A stretch of DNA of 64,000 bases, taken from positions 123,876,001 through 123,940,000 of the forward strand of contig OZ024740.1 of NCBI GenBank assembly GCA_964016885.1, written 5' to 3'. Shown one piece after another: positions 50,806 through 63,416 of this stretch. The stretch comes from Eledone cirrhosa (lineage: Eukaryota). Both the position numbers and the translations under genes were made by a program. Each line of letters starts with the position of its first letter. Position 1 is the stretch's first letter. The notes beneath the pieces were generated by a model. It had not been told where the DNA came from, ran no database searches, and saw only the letters and a program-made list of their open reading frames with translations.

Positions 50806-52187
50806 GGCTAGTTACTTGACTAATAATAAAAGTTAATTGAAATTCAACTGGTGAGTGTGATTTTATTGCCAGCGTGATGCTCCCAAAGTAAAACAATATC
50901 TGTTTCAAACACAATTCACATCAAGAAACTTACAAAAGCATACAAAACCTATATATATATAGTTAATATCAGTATAATAGCTATACCACCTTCCATCGCC
51001 ACTGTCAAAATATCTAAAGATTACACATTTTCTGGTGAATTGTTGATGTTAAAATGTCCATTGAGGTTTGGAAATGATTGGAATTAGCAATATTTCCAAA
51101 CAAAACTATAGACAGTGGCATAACTCAATAACTAAACATATATAAAAATGTGTCATTTCATGATATTCTTTTTTATCATGCCTTGTATATTTTTTCCTAA
51201 CACATTAACTATAAATACTTTGTGAATTATTGGAACTTTAAAAAATCCCCATAGATTAACACATGGAAATATATCTTGCAGGATTCAATCACATGTTGAG
51301 TGAACCATCCAGTAAGCTGACATTCCATTAAGTGTTACATAATCATTCTGCCAGTCTGATATTACAAACAAAAATGAAAACTACCTTATCCTTTATATAT
51401 ATATATATATAATCATTAATATCGTTTGATAGATCAAGACAGACCAAATCAGCACCTTCATTGTTGCCACTGATCTTTCAGTTGAATAGGAAGCTACATC
51501 TTACTTATATATATTCCTGCACTCTACAGAGTGCACCATTAATTTTATTGTGGCATCAACACTTGGATGCCATCATGTTTTTGACACAACTGAAGAGTCC
51601 TCTCTGTTCATAAAATGCTGGTTTATGGAACAATTTCAAACATTGTTATATTTGGGGAGTGTCATGTTGTCCCAATGTTGCCAGAAAAATAGTAAAACAC
51701 ACTCATTATTTGGTTTGGTTTTGCTTCAGTGTTGTTGAGTGTGTTTTACTATTTTTTGGCTATATTAAGACAACAGGACCTTCCCCAAATATAACAATAT
51801 CTGTTTTAACACACAATATCAGATCAAAAACCATACAAAGCAAATTTCAAAAAAGCTTTTTAATTAAATATTTTGCTATAATTTTACTTAAATCTGAAAG
51901 AGAATTTTACTATAAAACTTCTCTCTGACTTTTGGATATATTAGTTTTAACACAAATGCTTTTCTTTCCTTTTTTTTCGTTTTTCATTTCTATGATGCTG
52001 TTTCCGTTGGAGTGAAATATTATGTAGTCATTATCAAGAAAAGATTGAGACTAAGCATTAATAATTGGATATCAAGAGATTAGGAAGTACGAAGCCATGT
52101 TTAAATATCATATGACTCAGTGAATGACTGGAAAGTATCAAACCAATACAACTTCACACACACAACCACACACACACGCACACGCAC

Positions 52188-52231
<44 letters not shown>

Positions 52232-52378
52232 GTATATATTTATATATGTGTGTATAATGGTAGCTATCGTGCTTCCATAGGCGGTATGCCAAAATTAGCA
52301 CTCAATATTCATACAGAGCAAAGTGTGGATAGTATAAAAAAACGAAAAATCAGTGATGCATCTGGACTCAGTTTATTG

Positions 52379-52469
52379 CGTGTTACAATTGTTTCGCCGG
52401 CAGATAGTTCGAGACATGATCACTGTATTGATCTGGCTGATTCTACGGCTACAGGTTCCTTCGGACACG
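52379..52469 (-). ncRNA. Hammerhead-like variant (CCGAAG core, long stem II)
   Basis: Reverse complement CGTGT-CCGAAGG-aacctgta-GCCG...CGGC-GAAA-CAATTG-TA-ACACG. Confidence 0.45.
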
Positions 52470-52689
52470 GGCAATTCGTTCGGAGCGAATTTTCTCACTG
52501 GGGTGTTATCGTCAAAAAACACCTTCAAAACACATCTTCCACTCTTGTCATGCCATTGGCTGGTGTTATTCTACGTCATCTTAAGTTTTGGTCGCTATTT
52601 ACTGCTTCACGGGTCATCAACCATTTTCCGTCCGACACACTTCAATGGATCCCTGCTGGGTATCTCACACGTCTGTTCACACTCCAGAG

Positions 52690-53486
52690 TATGTACCCAC
52701 ATATATCCACACACACACACACGCGCGCAGACACACACACATGCATGCATACACATATGTACGCATACATGTGTAGACACACATACCCCCATACACATAT
52801 ATACACGGACACACTCTCCCTCTCTTCAACAAACCCAGGCACACCCACATCCAGATAGCGACCGTCACATGCTTATTGGCGCCTGCCTAAACAGCGCCAT
52901 ACATCCGGTCTCACACGCACGCATAGGCGCAGACACGCGCAGACACACACGCCCACGCATACAAAGACATATCGGCGTTCGGGCACATCAGCACATACAT
53001 ACACACAAATACTCTCAGACACATACATGGATACACACGCACATACACGCATATCATTGTTGATAGGCATCAAGGACAGACACACTTCCAAAGACATAAG
53101 CACACATACACATATATACACACACCTGTACATATATCTACACACATATACATGTACCCGCATATAAACACATAGACAAACCCTGTCCTATGTCGGTGTA
53201 CGTACGCGCCCACACATACACACCCCCACTGACAGATACTCACAGCATATACATATATATATATTTATATATGTGTGTACATAGACACACACACATATAT
53301 ACACGCATGCAAACAAACACATATACACATATACATATATGTATACGCACACATACCAAGTATACACGCAACATATACATACATACCTATACGCACATAT
53401 GTCCATATGTGCACACACACCCACGCAAACATACACATATACTCACACATGCGCGCGCACATATACCTACGCACAACCGTATATAC

Positions 53487-53517
<31 letters not shown>

Positions 53518-53920
53518 CATACACATATATACAAGATACACATACGTACAACTAACTAAATACACACATACATATACACACATATATATAAAAAAAACTC
53601 TTCCTGCATACGCACACCCACATATATACATACATATACATAGGCACACGGACGGCCACATGAACACACATATGTATATTTGCTTACACACACAGATGCT
53701 TCCACTTATACATATATAAACAAAACCGTAAAATAAATATATATATATATAGAAATAGAAATATGTATATATACATCATTATACATATAAATATGTATAT
53801 ACATATACATCATTATATATATAAATAATATATATCATTATATATAAAAATATACATATACATATACATCATTATATATATAAAGATATATATCCATATA
53901 CAACATTATATATCTATCTA
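52690..53920. repeat. Long degenerate (CA)n/(TA)n purine-pyrimidine tract
   Basis: Direct reading; source of the HT/YI/CV-rich ORFs. Confidence 0.9.
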
Positions 53921-53923
53921 AAA

Positions 53924-54110
53924 GAGCGGTGGATTGGCAGTATCGGTGGAGGGTCGGACGCCATGCTTTCCAGCATAGTTACGTCCCTTTACGATCTGAG
54001 TTCAAATCCCGCCGAGGTTGACTTTGCCTTTCATCCTTACGGGGTCGATAAAATAAAGTACCAGTAATGCACTGGGTAATTGCTGGCCTTGTGCCTAAAG
54101 TAGAAACAGT
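53924..54110 (+). mobile_element. Full-length tRNA-derived SINE with probable TSD
   Basis: A and B boxes intact; TTATATATCTATCTA at 53906-53920 and 54110-54124. Confidence 0.9.
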
Positions 54111-54192
54111 TATATATCTATCTATCTTGCAAGCAGGTAAAGGCGGACGTAAAATGATGATGATGATGATGATGATATATATATATATACAA

Positions 54193-57100
54193 ATTGAGAT
54201 GGAGGGTCTGTGGGTTTTTTCTCACATCTGGTTGGTCTTTGAATGTTACTCGTTTTATATGGAAAAAAAGTGGCTCGAAATGCCAGGTTTTTAGAGAAGT
54301 AATTTGGTTGGTTGGTGAATAAGTATAATAAATTTCGCGCCAGTTCACATTACAAAGTTCTTCAAACAAGGGGGGAGGGGCTGAGGTTGTTATTTTCATA
54401 TATGAGCGAAGTTTGGTTAGTTGATGCAGTCACGTGAATAAGCACATCAGCTTTCGCGCCAGTTTGTGTTCGAATTTCTTTTTACTTTAAAAAAATGTGG
54501 CTCACGAAGGCTTTTTTTAAATAAATGTAATTTGATTGGTTATAAATGAAATTATGACTGTCACGTGAACAAGTATAGAGGATTTTGTACCAAACAAAAG
54601 ATAATAGTCAAGAAAAGGGATGGAGAGAGTTGTTCTGAGTATGACTGATGTGCTGAAATGTAATTTGATTGGTTATAAATGAAATTATGACTGTCACGTG
54701 AACAAGTACATTAAATTTCGAGCCCATATTTAGGAATTTATTTTGTAGCCTGTTAGAGAATTTTGTGCCCCCAAAAAGATAATGGTTAAGAAAAATGGGA
54801 TAGGGAGAATTGTTCTGGTTCAGTGAATATCGCTGGGGTGTCAGAATTCAGACTTTCTATTGAAATAAAGAAAGTAGAGATATGTATGTTTATTTGTGTG
54901 CTTGTGTGTGTATGTATAGGAAGATGATTATATTAGTAGAAATGGGGAGGAAGTTGTGTGTGTGTATGGGTGTTATGTGTGTGTGTGTGTGTGTATGTGT
55001 GTTTGGGAGTATGGTTAGCATGTTAAGATGGAGAGAATATATATATTTTGTGTGTGTGTAGGAAAATGATTCTATTAGTAGAAATGGGGGAGGAAGTTGT
55101 GTGTGTGTATGGGTGTTATCTGTGTGTGTATGGGTGTTACGTGTGTGGTGTGTATGTGTGTGGGAGTATGGTTAGTATGTTAAGATGGAGATAATATATA
55201 TATATTTGTTTGTGTGTGTGTGTAGGAAAATGATTCTGTTTGTAGAATGGGGGAGGGAGTTATGTGTGTGTGTATGTGTGGGGTGTGTTAGCATGTTATG
55301 GTCTTAGAGTGTAACGTATGTTAAGGTTTATTTAGTTCTGGTTTTTATTTTCTAAAGTAGAAGGTATTATGTGTGTGTACGTGTGTCTGTTTGGATGGTT
55401 AACATGTTATGGTGTTGACATAATGTATATTAAACTATATTTAATGCTGGTCTATAATTTTGAATAAACATATTTTCCTTCTTTATTCGTATTTGTTCTG
55501 TTGTATTGTCAGCGCAAAGATAAAATGGGAAGACTTGGAATTTGGGTGTCTTATTACTTGCGCATATGTCTAGATGTGCACTTAGTGGTATATGTCTCGT
55601 GGTTGGATCTCGTAATTGTTGGCGATGAACTGTTATTCTGTTTCTGAGTGTGAGTTTAGTTTGTCCTATATAATCTTTATTGCATCCTTTACTTTTAATG
55701 GCATAAAGTAGATTTTTTGATGAGCAAGTGAAGTGATCTTTTCAGCAAAATTTTGTCCTGATTGAAATGTATAAGTGTTGCCCTCAATGAGGTGAGTGCA
55801 GGTTCCACAATTAGAGCGACCATATTTTTTGACAGTTGGTTGTGGGTTTGTGGTAGGTAATTTGGCATTGGTGAGTAAAGTTTTTAGTGATTTAGGTTAT
55901 CTTTTGCTTTTGATTATTTTGTGTGTTTCAAGGGCTTTTTTTCATTCTTGGGTCTTGTTTCAATAGTGGGATGTTCTTGGGAAAAATGTTGTAAGATTCC
56001 GCATTTCTTGGGTTGTGTGTTGAGATATATGATAGAGTATTGGACGTACCTTGAATTTGTTTCTGTTTTCGTAATTCATCAATGCCTGTTGCTTTAGCGC
56101 TTTCTATTCCATTTTTTATTAGTAATGGTGGGTACTGTCTTTCGAGTAGAATTTCCTTTAATTCTTGAAGTCTTTTATTTCGCGTTTCATAATTGGAGCC
56201 AATTGTGCACATTTTTCTTGCTAGGTTAAAAGGGGTGTTCGTCTTCGTGTGCTTTGGATGGTTGGGGGTGAATAGCAGGTATTGTTTGGAATCTGTTGGT
56301 TTGTAGTTTGTAGTGTATGTCAGTTTCAATGCTTGTGTATTTTTTAAAAATTAAGATGTCCATAAATGGGAGTTGATCTTGGCTGTATTCCATTGTGAAT
56401 TGGATGTGGTTATTGATGCCGTTAATTCAATTTTTGAAATCATTTATTTGGTCAAGTGTGGAGACCAAAGAATCAGACAATCATCCAAGTAGCGTTTCCA
56501 ATTCTCTGATAAATATTTGTGGAAGTTCAATCCGTATTTTGATTTGGACTGTTCATATATCTGAACTTCCAAGTATGCCATGATTAAGTTGGCATAAGTT
56601 GGAGCGGCTTTTGTACCATCGCAGTCTCCGATATTTGCTTGTAAGTACAGCCATCGAAATCAAAAAAATTGTTCTGTAAAATAAATTTTGATCCCTCGGT
56701 GATGAAGCTTTTTTTCTATTCTGTCAGGTATTTCATTGGGATATTTCTCTAGCCAGTATCCTATTGCTTCTAGTCCGTATTGGTGTGGGATCGTTGTGTA
56801 GAGATTCCCTACATCGAAAGACACAATAATAGTGTCGTTGTTGACATGTTTTGGGAGGTGGATTAAGAGGTCCAGATCGTCTCTTACAAGGCTTGGTATG
56901 TGTTTGAGAATTGGTTTTAGTAGTATGTCTATAAAGTTGCTTAGTATGTGTGTTTCACATTGTGGGCCCGCTACAATTGGTTTTAATTTAATGTCTGTGG
57001 AGTATTGTGTGTTCACGCAGGTTGAGGTGGATTGTTTACAGGCATCGTTAATTATTTTACACTTGTGGATCTTCGGAAGTCCGTAAAGGTTGCTGGTTTT

Positions 57101-58300
57101 GTATTCAAAATGTGTTAAATAATCGCGTTCCTTTTTAGTTAAGTCTTCCTGGTATCGACAAATGTATGTGTTTAATCTGGTCATCGTTTTTGATTGTTGG
57201 TAGTTTTTTACTCTTTCATAGTAGTTAGTATTTTGTAACAGAGTGAACATATAATTTTCATATTGTTTAGCATCCATAATGACGACACTACTTCCCTTGT
57301 CCGCTTCCTTAATTATAATGTCCGTACTGTTTTTAGTTCATGGATTATCTTCCATGCCCTTCGACTCGTGTTGGGTTTGGGTTTAGGTTGCGGTAGTTCA
57401 TGGTATGGGAAAGTTGCTATGTGGTCACAAAATCTCTCCAGAACTCTGTATCTACCTTTTGTTGGGTTGTAGCTGCTTTTATTCCATACAATTGACTGGT
57501 CGTTATTCTCCTTGTTAAAAGATTCCTCTGTGAGACGTAATTTTCTACAGAATTGTGAGATATCATCATTTATCTCATTGAGGTTAGAGTATTGTGGTGT
57601 TGGTGGGAATTTCAGTCCTTTGGAGGGAATTTTAATTTGTTGGGCTGAGAAGTTTGTATTTGAAAGGTTGATTATTTTCGGTTTTCAAAATCGGTTTGTG
57701 CCACCGGGTGTCGTGGGTCCTGTAGCCTTGGTCTAAAAAATGATTTTTCTAAATTGTTTTTTCATGGGCATTATTATATCTAATGGTATTTCCCCTGTTG
57801 TTGTGTGGTATTGTATAGAATTTTCGGACGTATTGAGGTTCGGTTTGTTGATAGCCCGGGTTGTAGATTTTGTTCCTTTGTGTGGATTGGGATCTACGAT
57901 TTTGGAACAGGTTCTGTGTGGGCTGGAGTCTACGGTTTTGGAATAGATTTTGGTTGGGTTGTGATCTGCCGACGAGTCCTGTCTTGTATTGGTGGACATT
58001 CAGTTTTTGTTAGTAGGGTTATAGTTTGTCTATGGGTTCTGGGATAATCGTCATAGTTTTGCTGGGGTTATATTGGACGATTTTTTGTCTACTCAGCCAA
58101 CTTAGGACGTTAGTGATAGGGAGTGGTAGGCTTCTTGGTGCTTGCTAAAGGAGGACGTGTTAGACTGGTAGTATTTAGGAGTGCACTTGGCTTTTCATAC
58201 TGGAGTGGCTGGGAAAAGAAGTTAACAAATTCAGGGATAAATTCATTGGTGTTCGTGGAAGGTGAAGGATGGGGATTGGGGGGGGGGGGGGGGGCATGTT
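54193..58300 (-). mobile_element. Penelope-like element (Neptune-like), RT plus GIY-YIG pseudogene with repeat-rich 3'UTR
   Basis: LYGLPKIHK, LKPIVAGP, IVSFDVGNLYTTIP, WKRYLDDC, YKPTDSKQYL..NHPKH, Cys linker NCGTCTHL, LLYAIK...DYIGQT; the high-coordinate (5') boundary is approximate. Confidence 0.88.
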
Positions 58301-59119
58301 GATCATTACTAAAAACTTATTTATTCACACTAGTTTGTCTCAACTTATTTGTTATAATCCAGTTGATTATAATGATGATCTTCCTCTCAGAAATTCAAAC
58401 AAACATCTAAATCAATATAGTGGATAGTTAATTTTCTGGAATAAAAGTCAGTAAACTTTTGGAAATGTATCTAGAAGAATGCGAATTCATATGTAAAAGA
58501 CCAAATGTTAATATTGTTCGTTATATATGTGGAATACTGTTTGTGAACAGAGATAACTAATTAGCATAATGAACTTTGTAGAGGTTTGTACAGAGGGAAA
58601 TAGAAGCACATCAATTATGTCAACTTTAGCATGGTTGAAACTCATAACTCTTTATTTATAATTCTTATCTTCAGAACAAATCATGAACTAAATAATCTTG
58701 TCTGGTGTTCTAATACAGAGACAATCTTCTAAATTTCAGATTTATTTTATATTTTTTACTTTATGTTGTGCTGTTTGTTGTTTTCTATCCTTGCAGTCAC
58801 GCTACTGAGTTACTGAATGGATTTATTACCAAGATTTGATTACCTATTGAAGTCTTTGACATTTCGGATGTTTCAGAGTTATCTTGTTTTGTTTTGTTTT
58901 ATATATATATATGTCTCTCTCTCTTTCTCTCCTTCCCGCTCTGTCTCCCTCTGTATATATATATATATATATAGTTATAATTTGGGACGGTCATGTTGCC
59001 AATAAGGAACACACGCACCAGGTGCTTTTACTCCAATTTATTATAAATTAAATTATAAGTTTTAAAATTTATAAGTTTCCGGTTGGTTGGTTCCACAACC
59101 AGACGGTTGTTCATATATT

Positions 59120-59162
59120 GTCAAAGTTCTTTCGTCACAAATTCTGTAACCTCTTCAGTGAC
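59120..59162 (-). ncRNA. Minimal hammerhead in inverted arm
   Basis: Reverse complement GTCA-CTGAAGA-g-GTTACA gaatt TGTGAC-GAAA-GAAC-TT-TGAC. Confidence 0.78.
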
Positions 59163-60910
59163 TGGGGATTCTTTTCTTTGTTGTGTGCCTCTCCTTTGTT
59201 CTGTCCTACGCCATTTTGTTTTTTGACACACAAAAACAAGATGGCGTAGGACAGACCACCTACCATTACCTCAATGGCCAAAAAAACCCACAGAGATAGA
59301 TGGAACGGGTGGACCAGAGCCATACGGACCCCCGAAAACCACGATGAACTAAAGAAAATGATTGCACATGCGGTGGGGGCCAGCATAAAATTAACCCTTG
59401 AGGAACATATGTTCAAATTTAATGGAAAACATATGGCCAGGAGTAGGGAGCAGCCATTTGTGTTAGCATTGCAGGCGACATAGCTAACTTATTCATGGTA
59501 TGGTGGGACAGTAGACTTAAACTTAAACTTAAAGAACAATTAGAAGACCCCTTAACCCTGATAATGTACTCCCGCTACGTTGATGATATAAACATCGTAG
59601 TTAAAACACCCCCACTAGAAAACAGTCAGGAATTAGAGGAAAACACAATGGAAAGCATCCAGCAAATAGCTAACTCCATCCACCAGAGTATTAGAGTTAC
59701 TATAGACTACCCAAGCAAACACCCCAACCATAGATTACCTGTACTAGACACAGAGCTCTGGTTAGATACCATTAATAACAACAAACAAATCCTCCATTCC
59801 CATTATGCCAAACCCATGACTTCAAATATCTGATCCACCGAAACTCAGCTGTTTCGGACCATACCAAAATCAACATACTGATTGCGGATTTGGTACGGGT
59901 GATGAGAAACGTGTCCCGCATGTGCAACCCCGAATAACTAGAGAGACACATACAACACTTTATCCACCCTATGCAGTTCTCTGGTTACAATCAGAGAGAT
60001 AAAATCAGAGTGTATAGAGGAGCCAGAACTAAATGAGAAAAAATGTTAAATAATGACACAAATGGGACCTGCCCCTTGTATAGGAGCAAATTTTGGAATA
60101 GAATAGAAAGAACTAGGAATAAGGCTAATAGAATAAACTCATGGTATGATAGCAATAAATACCAGAGTGTAATGTTCATCGATACAACCCCTAGAGGTGA
60201 ATTAGCTTACCAATTTAGAAGGGCCCTAGATAAACATAAACTCAATATTAAGATAGTAGAAAGACCAGTTACCTCCATAAAAACACTTATTAGCAAGACA
60301 TACCATTTTCAAAGACCTCCCTGTATAGATAAGAAATGTATAATCTGTAAATTAATCCCCCATATTAACTGTAAAACTAGAAATGTAGTATATAGCATAA
60401 GATGTACTGAAGGACAATGTAGAGATAAAAATATAGTGTACATTGGTGAGACAGCTCGTAGTATAGGGGAACGGATAAACGGAACACTGGTGAGACCTTC
60501 AAGATAGTAAAGAATCATCTGTACTCTACCAACATGCTAAAATAGAACATAAGGGTAAACTAGAGAACATAGAAATAAAAATAGAATCTACACACAGAAA
60601 AGACGCAATGTTTAGACAAATCACAGAGGCAATAAACATAAATGAATTACCACCAAAATTAAATAGAAAACATCAGTGGAACAGCAACATCACAACTTAC
60701 AATTAAGGACAAAATGAAAACACACACGAACATAGAACAAACAACCAACCAGTAACATGTAAATAAACAAATAAATAAACGAATATAAACATACACAGAC
60801 ACCCGGATGTAACACATGCACAAACTAAGCACACAACACACACAAAAAAAAACAAGATGGCGTAGGACAGAACAAAGGAGAGGCACAAAAAACAAAGAAA
60901 AGCACCCCCA

Positions 60911-60953
60911 GTCACTGAAGACGTCACAGAATGTGTGACGAAAGAACTTTGAC
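60911..60953 (+). ncRNA. Minimal hammerhead in 3' pLTR
   Basis: GTCA-CTGAAGA-c-GTCACA gaatg TGTGAC-GAAA-GAAC-TT-TGAC. Confidence 0.8.
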
Positions 60954-61235
60954 AATATATAAACAACCATCTGGTTGTGGAATCAACCAACCAACCGGAT
61001 ATTTATAAATTCCTATATTTATAAATTTATTATAATAAATTGAAGTGAAAGCAACTGGTGCGTGTGTTTCTTATTGGCATCATGACCCTCCTAAAGTATA
61101 ACAATATCAGCTTCAACACACGTTTTCAGATAAAGAATCTTGCTAAACAAATTCAGAAACGAAAAATATATATAAATATATATAGAGAGATTATATAGAG
61201 ATTACAATAATCAAAGTTCAGTTTAAGTCATTTAT

Positions 61236-61284
61236 TTGCTTACAATTGTTTCCTCCAAACCGAGGTTTGGATTCTTCGGAGCAA
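61236..61284 (-). ncRNA. Hammerhead U4C variant, left arm
   Basis: Reverse complement of 61755-61803. Confidence 0.68.
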
Positions 61285-61754
61285 CTATTTACTGATCTAT
61301 AACATACTTGACCTCCTTTTCAACCCAAGAGACACATAAAACATATGCGGATATTGATCAACAATGGGGTGACATTCATCAAATGATATAGCATGGCAAT
61401 TTACATATAAAGGTTACAGGATAAAAATAAAATAAAAACAACCTGCAAATATCATTCTGACGCACTCTAATCATGTATAAATAAGACACGCGTGCATGCT
61501 ACACGTGAGATTGTTTCATACACTGACTACTCTAAACTTTCCTCTTGCTTTATCTTCATAGACTGCCAACGCTTCATGTTTATCTTTATTTTCATTCTTG
61601 TTTTTATTTTATTTTTATCCTGTAACCTTTATATGTAAATTGCCATGCTATATCATTTGATGAATGTCACCCCACTGTTGATCAATATGCGCATATGTTT
61701 TATGTGTCTCTTGGGTTGAAAAGGAGGTCAAGTATGTTATAGATCAGTAAATAG

Positions 61755-61803
61755 TTGCTCCGAAGAATCCAAACCTCGGTTTGGAGGAAACAATTGTAAG
61801 CAA
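61755..61803 (+). ncRNA. Hammerhead U4C variant (CCGAAGA)
   Basis: TTGCT-CCGAAGA-a-TCCAAAC ctcg GTTTGGA-g-GAAA-CAATTG-TA-AGCAA. Confidence 0.68.
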
Positions 61804-62035
61804 ATAAATGACTTAAACTGAACTTTGATTATTGTAATCTCTATATAACTGCTCTGTAAAACAACTGATGTTATTACATTGAGCTATTTATCTTACTGGT
61901 AATAGGATAGTAATTAATGACTATCTTTCACTATTTAGGGTTTGTATATATAATATATTACCATTAAAGGTTTTATTGCATACATAACCATTAATAGTAC
62001 CCTTAATACTTATAAATATATATATATCAAAGGAT

Positions 62036-62122
<87 letters not shown>

Positions 62123-62134
62123 GATACATACATA

Positions 62135-63416
62135 CGAGGGGCATTCATAAAGTTCGTTGAAAATGAATTTTATAGGAACACTATGCAAACATGTTTCTAC
62201 TTGCTTGCTGCAACTTAAATGTGTACATACATATTCTACCCTTTATGATCTCGAAGCAATTTGAAACAATAATTTGAAGTTGTGACATTTAAAAACAATC
62301 ACTCTTAAAGAAACGTGTGCTCTGTCAAAACTGAAGCAAGAACCAACTACAGATTTATTGTAAAACTTGGTTGTAGGAAGGACTTTGTTGAAGCTTTGAG
62401 AAATATTTATGAAGATAATTCCTATATAAATCAGCAGTTTACAAATGTTTATTTGTTTCAAAGAAGGACAAAATCGAATTGAAAATGATGATCGGACTAG
62501 TAAGCCATCAATATTAATTTGTGAAGAAAAAATTGCTGTTGTTTCAGATTTAGTTGATGGATACCGATGTATAACAGTAGAAAAAAATAGTTCATTCCCT
62601 AGACATCTCAGTTGGTTTAGTTCTCACAATTTTAAGTATTAAATTACAGAGCAAACTGTATGCCCGTTGGGTGCATAGATTGTCGTGCCTGGAGCAACAA
62701 GAACCAAGAGAAGAGCTTTCTTTAGAAAGTTTAAACAAATGGGATCAAAATGCAAAAGGATTTCTGAGATGAACGACTAGAGATAAAATGTACCTTTACT
62801 AGTACCACCTTGAAGACAAAGCTCAGTCAAAGCAATGGTTACCCAAAGGTGTAAAGGGTTCGTTCAAAGAAAGAGTGATTCATTGGGGAGGAATATTTAT
62901 GACAGCAGTCTTTTGGGTTGCTGGGGGTATTTTGTTTGTTGACTTTTAGAGGAAAAAAAACAATAACATGTGCTTATGAAACATTTGTAAGAAAATTACC
63001 CAGACATGTTGCAGAAAAGCACCCAGGAAAACTTCATCAGAAAGTTCTTTTCAACCATGACAATACCCCAGTCCATTCATCTCATTAAATAAAGGAGGCT
63101 TTGCAGGAATCTCGATGGGAAATTATTAGACATCCACACTGCAGGCCTGATTTAGCACCTTCTGTTTTTTTCTTAATTCCAAAACTTGAAATAATATTTT
63201 AAATAAACCCAATTTGAGACCATTAATGATGTAAATACAGTTAGTTTGATGGGATTAAATTCTCAGGAAACTCAGTTATATAGTGTGGTATAAATGACTG
63301 GCATCATCACTTACAAAAGTGTGTTGATATTGATGGTGTTTATGTGGAAAAATAAAACTATGTAAAATAGCTTTCCTTTAGTTTTCTTTTTCCACAAAAA
63401 TGTTGAATGCCCCTCA
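62135..63416 (+). mobile_element. Full-length decayed mariner transposon (about 1.28 kb)
   Basis: TA-flanked TIRs CGAGGGGCATTCA / TGAATGCCCCTCA; ARWVHRL (WVPREL-like), KAQSKQW, HDNTPVH, HPHCRPDLAPS (YSPDLAP-like); multiple stops. Confidence 0.92.

Larger units (their letters stand above)
58974..61150 (+). mobile_element. 5'-truncated PLE (sister family of 7019-11235) with inverted pLTR
   Basis: PPTITSMAKKT, YSRYVDDINI, RNVVYSIRC..VYIGETARSIGER; 58974-59225 is inverted relative to about 60843-61102. Confidence 0.92.
61191..61848. mobile_element. Non-coding fold-back cassette: about 250-bp near-identical inverted arms, each with an HHR
   Basis: 61191-61441 is the reverse complement of 61598-61848 with only a few differences; 156-bp spacer. 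Confidence 0.88.

Noticed and set aside
52124-53719. Long overlapping ORFs of 236-244 aa and neighbours
   Set aside because: Stop-poor (CA)n/(TA)n tracts open several frames; HT/YI/CV-biased composition
58268-58294. Poly-G run as a G-quadruplex element
   Set aside because: Simple homopolymer within a PLE region, prone to sequencing error, with no supporting context
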